This document shows, piece by piece, positions 1-6,868 of a stretch of DNA of 7,741 nucleotides. The notes below the pieces were generated by a model, which worked only from the letters and a program-made list of their open reading frames with translations, searched no databases and was not told the DNA's origin. The first letter of the stretch is position 1, and each line of letters opens with the position of its first letter. Source of the DNA: Paraspadella gotoi. Taxonomy: Eukaryota > Animalia > Chaetognatha. The position numbers and the translations under genes are program-made. Where the stretch lies: contig JBJCIZ010001070.1 in NCBI GenBank assembly GCA_051294375.1, positions 1 to 7,741 of the forward strand. Direction: 5' to 3'.

Positions 1-110
1 AATAATACTTATTCACACATTTATTTTTATATTATTTAATTGTTTTTTTTTCTCATTAACAATGCTATTAAGGTGGACTAAAATCCACCAACCGTTCATC
101 AGCGGCCATT

Positions 111-296
111 NNNNNNNNNNNNNNNNNNNNNNNNNNNNNNNNNNNNNNNNNNNNNNNNNNNNNNNNNNNNNNNNNNNNNNNNNNNNNNNNNNNNNNNNNN
201 NNNNNNNNNNNNNNNNNNNNNNNNNNNNNNNNNNNNNNNNNNNNNNNNNNNNNNNNNNNNNNNNNNNNNNNNNNNNNNNNNNNNNNNNNNNNNNNN
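111..296. other. Assembly gap (N run)
   Basis: 186 consecutive N. Confidence 1.
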
Positions 297-398
297 TGTC
301 GCTAACACATAACAATAATTACTGTCTCTTCACTATCATATTTTACAAATATCTGTTATTTGCATAATTTGGAACCAACAGAAATTAGGAGAATACAT

Positions 399-764
399 CT
401 GGAAAGAAAGAAAGGAAACTTAAATAATAAACTTATTCACACATTTATTTTATATTATTTAATTGTTTTTTTCTCATTAACAATGCTATTAAGGTGGACT
501 AAATCCACCAACCGTTCATCAGCGGCCATTGGACGAGCAAACATTCGCCTCCCAACCCAAAGGTCGGGTTCTAGCCTGGTGGTCTAGTTAAGAGGGACGG
601 GGTGCTTAACCCGCCTGTAACAGTGTTACAGCCTGATTCGAAGCTCAGGGACTGCTTATATTTAACAGTTCTGTCGCTAAACACATAACAATAATTACTG
701 TCTCTTCACTATCATATTTTACAAATATCTGTTATTTGCATAATTTGGAACCAACAGAAATTAC
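399..764 (-). other. Putative 366-nt spliceosomal intron
   Basis: Minus-strand donor GGCAG|GTAATT at 765/764. Acceptor TTTCCTTTCTTTCTTTCCAG|ATG at 399/398 with a clear polypyrimidine tract. Confidence 0.6.
490..685 (-). ncRNA. Candidate structured intronic RNA, family not recognised
   Basis: GC-rich island in an AT-rich intron with hairpins at 493-509, 554-570, 571-587, 587-610, 615-631 and 632-649. Several stems gain G-U pairs on the minus strand. Confidence 0.3.
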
Positions 765-1032
765 CTGCCTTCCACAGCTGAGTCAGATTTTGATCAGGAG
801 TTTGACGTGTGAATTTCGTGGTGAGTAACGGAGGTAACCTATAAAATTGGTACAACCAATATAACAATTATCCATTCATTTAATAAATAAGCTTTTCTTG
901 CCCCCGACTTTGGACAGGCTTTGATGGTTTAAGGCCTCCATCACTCTTCAAAAATAATGACATAGCAGGTCCCAACAAGTCTTTAGTCAAGACTCTCACA
1001 GTCTCATTATTCACTCCCAAAGTACCTGGCTT
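765..1032 (-). other. Putative host-gene exons (893-about 1032 and 765-838) downstream of the gypsy fragment
   Basis: Exon 838-765 is bounded by ATTTTATAG| and |GTAATT, with one open frame (LPPLLTTKFTRQTPDQNLTQLWKA). It joins in frame to ...KPVQSRGQEK if the AT-rich 54-nt segment 839-892 is an intron, but that donor reads GC and fits consensus poorly. Confidence 0.35.
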
Positions 1033-1511
1033 CCCGGGCCAGACAAATCTTCTAGAGACCAGCGCCTTCGACGTGTTGATGCCAGGGTGAGACAGGTGGA
1101 TCGCGTCAAAAATGTCCCGGCGCCATTGACGAGGCACCAAAGAACTGGCGACGCCGGTTGCGACATCGCAAATGATTTCGACGCCGTCCAGAGATGCTTC
1201 TTTCAGTATCAACGCCGTCTTCTCGGTCCGGAGGAGGCGCTGAATCTGGATCGTCTTCGTTCGTTGGCGAGGGCGGCAAAATTGAGGCGTTCGAAGCCGA
1301 CCCGCCGCGACATCCTCCGAGATGACGCGTGAAAGCGATGTTCCATTTGCCTGGATGTGGCGGAAATCAGTCGTGTATTCGGAAATGGCCGTTAGAGGCG
1401 TCGACTGTGAGAGCGGTCGCCGTGGGTGGATGAGCATCGTGGCCGCGGCGAGAGCTTCTTTGGCGGCGTCGAAAGCAATGGTCCGTTCCGTCGTCCACTC
1501 CACTGGGATTC
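1033..1511 (-). pseudogene. Ty3/gypsy pol fragment: RT-RNase H connection, internally deleted RNase H, and N-terminal half of the integrase zinc-binding (H2C2) region
   Basis: Motifs WTTERTIAFDAAKEALAAATMLIHP, ISEYTTDFRHI, CDVATG..LVP..WRRDIFDAIH-LSHPG and RRFVWPG. Shifted frames carry ALTVDASN (1391-1414, start of RNase H) and LNFAALANE (1260-1286). Truncated before the CxxC motif and the rve core. Confidence 0.92.
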
Positions 1512-1666
1512 CTATAGAGCTTGAAAATTAAATGAAAGTTAGTACTACAATTTTTTTTTAATTTGACAATACACGGTAGGGCAGAGAGGATGTGAAAGAA
1601 AAAAAAAAGTGTTATCTCTGAAACCTATAAAATCTTAAAGTATACCCTTAAGACAATTAATGTGGT

Positions 1667-2028
1667 TGTAGAGAAGCTTGGCTCTCTACGCCTATTGAGG
1701 TGAGAATGGTCCACTTGGTCGCAACGTAATCTGACGGAAAAGTATCCCAAACGTTTTTGTAACTGAAGCTCGAAAATGTCGGAAGGAAAAATGCGGGAAT
1801 CAAATGTAAATAAATGTAATAAATCAAAGCAAAATCCTGNNNNNNNNNNNNNNNNNNNNNNNNNTAGAAAATCGAGGTAAATCGAGGAGAATCAATAAAT
1901 CATAGGAAAATCCACTAAATCGTAGAGAAATCTTCAGTAAAAACGTAGTAGAAAACTTTGTAAGAAAGTAGTTGACGGTCTCTCTAAAATGTGATCCAGT
2001 GAATCTGAATCTGTCCAAGTAAAGTTTG

Positions 2029-2059
<31 letters not shown>

Positions 2060-2157
2060 AGAGAGAGTGGAGAAAGAGTCAGGTCAGTCCCTGTCCGGTC
2101 GATCGGTCGAATAGGTCGGATCTGGCCGTCTCTGTCGGTCTCGGCCTTTTCTCTTCA
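1667..2157. mobile_element. Solo-LTR-like insertion
   Basis: Begins TGTAGAGAA and ends TTCTCTTCA (8/9 inverted match, TG...CA). Exact 5-bp TSD GTGGT at 1662-1666 and 2158-2162. The uninterrupted right TIR has only one GTGGT at this site. AATAAA on + at 1809, 1818 and 1894. Contains a 25-N gap (1840-1864). Confidence 0.85.
2029..2067. repeat. (GA)n microsatellite inside the LTR-like element
   Basis: Imperfect GA run of about 39 bp, followed by GGTC/CGGTC-rich short repeats to about 2140. Confidence 0.9.
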
Positions 2158-3122
2158 GTGGTAGGCCAGTAAAATTCGATAAAGGCAGGATTTTTTTAAA
2201 TGCTAATTAAAGTTTTTGAAATTTTTTTATAAAAAATTTTAAGTAGTTTAGTGAATATGCTTACAATTTGAATGTCTATATATCTATCATAATCTACAAA
2301 GCATAAGCTTTAATTTGAGACCTTTCCCAACTTTCTATTACTCTTAGTTATTGAAATATAAGTAAAAATAAAAAATATATTTTTTAAAAAGATTAATCAA
2401 TTAGTACCTTTGAACAGATTATTTTTTAAAAATAAATAAAATTAATTATTTATATTATTTATTTTATATCAATTTTTTTTTAAATTTGTTTTAAGGCCTA
2501 ATAAGTAGAATGCATTTTGAAAACATATTTGTACTTTTGTAGAAAGCTGGGAGAGGTCTTAAATTAAAGCTTATGCCCTGTAGATAATGATAGATATATA
2601 GACATTAAAATTATAAGCATATTTATAAAAAATTTTAAAAACTTTAATTAGCATTTAAAAAAAAAACCTGCCTTTATAAAATTTTACTGACCTACCACAT
2701 TAAGTGCTTTATGGGTATACTTTAAGATTTTATAGGTTTCAGAGATAGCATTTTTTTTGTTTCTTTCACATCCTCTCTGCCCTACCGTGAATAAATTGGT
2801 AACAAATAGAAAAAACCTTAAAAAATCATCATCATTGGCTGAATTTAATGGTTTTTTAAAATTTTTATCAATAAAACAAAAAGATTTTAAAAAGTTGTAT
2901 TAATAACCTTTACATAATTTTTTAAACTCTACCAGAATCTATTAAAAAAAATTGAAAAATTTTCAAAAAAATTTTAAGTTTATATAGTAATAAAATAATC
3001 TGTAAATCTTTAATGCTTCCGTACGCTAATCAATTAGATAAATTTTAAAAATTATTTTTATATTCATATTCTCTAATAGTCACTTAACCATTATTTATTT
3101 GAGAGAACTTCTAGTTTTTAAC

Positions 3123-3438
3123 CTGTTCCGGGTAGCGGTCATCTGTCGTCACTGCGTTATGGCGGCGGTAATCACCACAGGCGGGGAAACCGCCATCGGA
3201 CTTGGGAACGACGTGGAGAGGCGACGCCCATGGACTTGACGACGGGCGGACAATGCTAAGCCACTCCAATTCGGCGAACTCAGCCTTCGCCGACGCCAGC
3301 TTCTCTGGGGAAAGACGTCGTGCTCTCGAGAAACGGGTGGCCTTGAGTCGGGATGTGATGAACCATACTGCTGCCCCAGCGCGGTGGAAGAGAATGTGGG
3401 CGTCGTGAGCTCCGGACAATCGTCAAGTCAGGCTCACC
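3123..3438 (-). pseudogene. Ty3/gypsy pol fragment: pre-RT linker and reverse transcriptase N-terminus
   Basis: FSRARRLSPEKLASAKAEF..IVRPSSSPWASPLHVVPKSDGGFPACGDYRRHNAVTTDDRYP, plus upstream frameshifted PELTTPTFSST and VHHIPTQGHP. No YxDD core is present. Confidence 0.95.
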
Positions 3439-3959
3439 ATTAAAGGGGCACTTTTTATTGTAATCATAAAGTTAATTATCTGATAATAATAACGAGCGAC
3501 AATTTAAAAGTTACAGATTTTACATATAACCGCCGATCTGTACAAAGATATGCCTAGGACTAAGCTCTGACGAACAAAGCCAGAGGTTTTTTAATATATT
3601 CTTTTATACCGGCCAAGGTAGAATGACGGCAATATTGTTAATATTAAGTTTCAAAAAAATCCGACCATAAATATAGAAAATATCAACCAAAATCTTCGGA
3701 AATCCACCCTTCTTTGGAAGATTTTCGCCATAAAAGATTTTTACTGAATCTGACTCCCGGTTGAAAACTCTTAGAATTCCGATCGTTAGCTCCTCTTTTA
3801 CTTTTACTTTAAATAAAAATTTCACCAAAATGGACTAATTCACTTTCCCATGATCGTATCATATCAAAATAACCAAATAAAATGTAAAGAAAAATTTTGA
3901 GAGCCCTTCAGACATATGGCTATCGGATTCCTGAATTTGAAGTTTATTGTAAAATCACA

Positions 3960-4279
3960 ACATATGTTAAATGCATTGACATTGTATTGAAGTTGAGAAA
4001 TCCCTTTATTTTATATATAAAAATTGCGTCGAAAATATTTTCCCGAGCGGACCAGTCCATTTGAATCTGATGGTTTGATGTCAAAATGATGGTTATTTGT
4101 CAAGAGAAAAAAAATGCGAGCCCTTCAGATGCAACAGGATTGGAATCGAGTGTTTTTACATCTATTTTTTACCTGAATTTTTCCCAGGAGCGTTTACATA
4201 TGTTAAATGCGTTGACATTGTATTGAAGTTGAGAAATCCCTTTATTTATATATAAAAAATTGCATCGAAAATATTTTCC
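3960..4279. repeat. 84-bp direct repeat pair (3960-4043, 4196-4279) within a more diverged duplication
   Basis: ACATATGTTAAATGC...GAAAATATTTTCC occurs twice, differing by 2 substitutions and homopolymer shifts. GAGCCCTTCAGA (3901, 4118) and CCTGAATTT (3930, 4172) also recur upstream of each copy. Confidence 0.9.
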
Positions 4280-5149
4280 ATTGAAAAAGTCTTCCTCGTT
4301 TCTAAGAACGACGTAGACTCCTAAAATGCCTCACCCTTTCCTTTAATTTGGTTATTATCCCGGTCAGTATTCTTTGTTACTTTGACTTCTCTGTGAAACT
4401 CACGGCTCAAATCAGTTGCGTTTATAGAAGCAAAGTGGAAACAATGCTAGCCCGGGAAAACTCAATTTCTACCAGCTTTAACAAATGTTTTTCGCGTTTA
4501 ATAATGTACAAACACTATATTCGTTTTACTTCGTTAATCTCACGTTGAAATATTTGAACGGGCGACGCTTCAAACGTTAGAATTTATGGGCGTGAAGATA
4601 AAAGAAACTTCACACGATCGGACCTGGTCGAAAGCATTTGTTATTTTCACCCTAACCTCTGATCCTGTTGTTTTTTTAAATGTGCAAACTTACATTTAAC
4701 AACTGGCTAAATACAGTAAACTATTACAATATACATAGTGAACGAAAGGTAACAATGAGCATTTTCTAACAATTAAATGATAAATATTGTACATTAAATA
4801 TTTCATACGTAAATACTAAAAACGTATCAAATTTCTATGAAAACGAAATCTTTGAGTTTGTGCTTTTAGTCCGCGTGTTATCATTTTTCCGATTTCTTCG
4901 GCTCGGCCAATGAGCTCTGAGGTGGAATATTTTTCCCTTGTCGCTGATCCGAATGAGACGACGTCTTCACGAGCAAGAGAAATTAACATTTTTAAAAAAA
5001 TATGGTCTGATTCTGGACTCACAAAAAACGACGTAATATTTTATATTAAGAAACCTCATTAAAAAGTAATATTAAATAAAATTATATTCCTAATTAATAC
5101 CTACGAAAAGAAACTTCATAATCTTCAAAAAAAAAAACAAACAAAAAAA

Positions 5150-5255
5150 CACGTGGCGAGGGTTGATGTTTAAGCAATTTCCATGGCAACCGTGGTTTGG
5201 AGGGAGCATGGGCTGCTGCCGCTTCCGCCGCTGGAGCAGTAGTACGCTGCCACTG
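5150..5255. promoter_or_regulatory. GC-rich island with E-box and RFX X-box-like motif
   Basis: CACGTG at 5150-5155, GTTGCCATGGAAAT on the minus strand at 5177-5190, and CCGCTTCCGCC near 5219-5229. Confidence 0.3.
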
Positions 5256-5353
5256 ATAGAAAAGTGATATTGAGACACGATAACACAAGAAATTTGGTTT
5301 TGAACGAGGACCTGATTGCGCATTAGATGATTAGGCGGTGTAAAAATTTAGAG

Positions 5354-5409
5354 AGCGACGAGTAGCGACGAGGAGCGACGAGTAGCGAAAACAGCAAAAA
5401 CAGCAAAAC
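5354..5409. repeat. Short tandem repeat (AGCGACGAGK)x3 grading into three AGCRAAA(A)C units
   Basis: Read directly from the sequence. Confidence 0.85.
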
Positions 5410-5432
5410 CAGTTCCATTAAATAATAAATTT

Positions 5433-5960
5433 CACGATGAAACCATGAAAACTACGCCTTTGTTCCCCCAGATTTGGAAAGTTCAGACACTGAACTATCC
5501 AAATATCAAATAATAATGGTAAGTTAACGTCGTCTTTAGGTGCAAATTAATGCCTCCACTAAAAGTTGGTTTAGGACTTTTTAATGAGATAATTTTAACA
5601 AGCGAAATAGCTTAGCCACTTGGCAAGACACTAAACTAAATATATTTATTGTGACGAGTTCTCTTTTTAGTATCAGCGCTAGACGAGGGACAGTTAAACT
5701 TGACATAAAATCTTAAATGTAGTATTATGAGTAGATGCAGATTGACTTTCGTCGTATGAGTGCGAATATAACTGAGAATATTGCATAATTTCACAAGAAA
5801 AGACTCGTGATGCCATCGCGTTGAAATCAGAATCTCATACGAAGGACATTTTCGCCTATCATCGCTATTATGCAAATGGATTTTTTGCATACGACCGACA
5901 TCTTCGTCTATCCATAGGATTTTTTTTGCATATGACACGGATCACTGCTTTTTCAGCGTG
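5433..5960. mobile_element. Possible second CAC...GTG non-autonomous element with short TIRs
   Basis: CACGATGAAA (5433) versus the reverse complement of TTTCAGCGTG (ends 5960), a 9/10 match. ATTT flanks both sides. Subterminal direct repeats at 5836-5860 and 5888-5912. Confidence 0.3.
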
Positions 5961-6809
5961 ATTTTTTTGATTATGTAAATCTCTTTCTAAAAAAAAAAAA
6001 TTGACTTTTTACGACGACAGTTGAGTGTTATTATTTATTGAGGGTTTAAATTTTTTTAGCAAGCTCTTTTTTTATTAAATTACTGACTATTCCACGTTGA
6101 ATTATGTTATAAATACTTTGTCACAAAAAATATATTATTATTTAAACATAAGTTTCTAAATCTGTCATTTGTACAAAACTAATTTCAGATCTAGGATAAT
6201 ACGATTGAAACAATGAGCAAACGACGACGACGGAATAACGATAAAAAATGCTATTCCTAAAATCAAGCAAACTAACAAAACTAAACATGCAATGATCAGT
6301 TTAATAGTTGAATATCGCCGTCGTCTTCAGAGTTGCTAAGCATAGTAGATATCATCATCATCAATCATGACGAGCTTGTAGTCAGATTTGTTTAATAGTA
6401 GGAGTGTCACTTTATATAAAAAAATAAATATTAATTAAAAAACTATTTGTTTTAATTTATTATGTTATTATCTACGTCGAACTCGGATAAAAAACTTTTG
6501 AAATAGGCATTTTTGATTCTTTTAAATAGCTTCGATCAGATGTTTTTTAGATCTTTTTACAGTTGAGAGTCAAAGCTCGAGTTTAAACGAAATTAAAAAA
6601 TAAAAGACTTAAGAGACGAGGCAACAATGCAAAGAGAGAGAGCAGAAGAGAGAAGAGAATGAATGAAAGAACGACAGTTTCTATTCAATGCTTTCGTAAA
6701 CGGGAAAAGAGTAACACGGAGTTAAATAATTCTTCTACTCCTTCTTCGTCCCCACAATCTGTCCCCCAACTCACGTTATCTCCATCTTCAATTACACCGG
6801 TCAGTTATG

Positions 6810-6815
6810 TTTATT
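6810..6815 (-). terminator. Putative polyadenylation signal AATAAA
   Basis: Minus-strand AATAAA about 54 nt after the TGA ending at 6869. Confidence 0.4.
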
Positions 6816-6868
6816 TCTAGCGCCTCCGTGTCTCTCCGATATATCAATTCTCGCGGTCATTATTCTCT

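Larger units (their letters stand above)
1..763. repeat. Tandem direct duplication, unit about 376 bp (complete copy 388-763; partial copy 1-387 with an N gap)
   Basis: 1-110 matches about 424-530, and 297-387 matches 672-763. The differences are almost all homopolymer length changes. The 186-N gap (111-296) sits where copy 2 has 141 nt (531-671). Confidence 0.9.
1572..2789. mobile_element. Non-autonomous DNA transposon (MITE-like) with long TIRs; CAC...GTG termini and 4-bp TSD, Chapaev/CMC-like
   Basis: Left TIR 1572-1666 plus 2163-2337 is the reverse complement of right TIR 2540-2789 (CACGGTAGGGCAGAGAGGATGTGAAAGAAA...). AATA flanks both ends (1568-1571, 2790-2793). The roughly 200 bp AT-rich centre has no ORF. 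Confidence 0.9.
1512..3122 (-). other. AT-rich interruption of gypsy pol with spliceosomal-type GT...AG ends
   Basis: GAACAG|GTTAAA at 3123/3122 and TTTTCAAGCTCTATAG|GAATCC at 1512/1511. Both coincide with the GC-rich to AT-rich transitions. Confidence 0.45.

Noticed and set aside
13-367. ORFs spanning the N gap
   Set aside because: They are artefacts of untranslatable Ns.
470-530. Hammerhead ribozyme or SECIS around minus-strand CTGATGA (522-516)
   Set aside because: No stem II closed directly by GAAA, no stem III or cleavage triplet, and no helix stacked on a SECIS quartet.
530-615. HDV-like ribozyme (GGUUAAG/CUUAACU P1-like stem, GGCGAAUG) or twister (UAACCCGCC, GAGGG)
   Set aside because: Only 12 nt lie between the P1 strands, too few for P2/P3/L3. 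The twister L4 loop and pseudoknot partners are missing.
490-685. RNase P/MRP, SRP or snRNA identity suggested by short remembered motifs and an octamer ATGCAAAT (741-734)
   Set aside because: No P4-forming CR-I/CR-V pair, no SRP helix 8 motif and no recognisable snRNA 5' end. The matches are short enough to be chance.
1087-1531. Plus-strand ORFs (also 3202-3408, 6807-7064, 6916-7161)
   Set aside because: They are antisense shadows of GC-rich minus-strand coding sequence.
2139-2150. TCTCGGCCTTTT resembling the U2 snRNA 5' end
   Set aside because: The similarity does not extend to the branch-point pairing region, and it lies at the LTR end.
2158-2175. TGG after the LTR's CA as a primer-binding site
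   Set aside because: It is fully explained as the TSD plus the continuing MITE TIR, which is mirrored in the right arm.
3566-3592. Hairpin CTCTG/CAGAG with a CTGACGA loop region followed by a T run
   Set aside because: It lacks the GAAA core of a hammerhead, and a rho-independent terminator is not meaningful in eukaryotic intergenic DNA.
3976-4020. TTGACA plus TATA-like words as a bacterial promoter, or the 84-bp repeats as CRISPR
   Set aside because: The context is eukaryotic, the spacing is wrong, and there are only two long repeats with no spacer array or cas genes.
3604-5938. Short ORFs at 3604-3828, 4348-4548, 4816-5022, 5090-5323 and 5636-5938
   Set aside because: They have low-complexity AT-driven composition, no recognisable motifs and no supporting splice structure.
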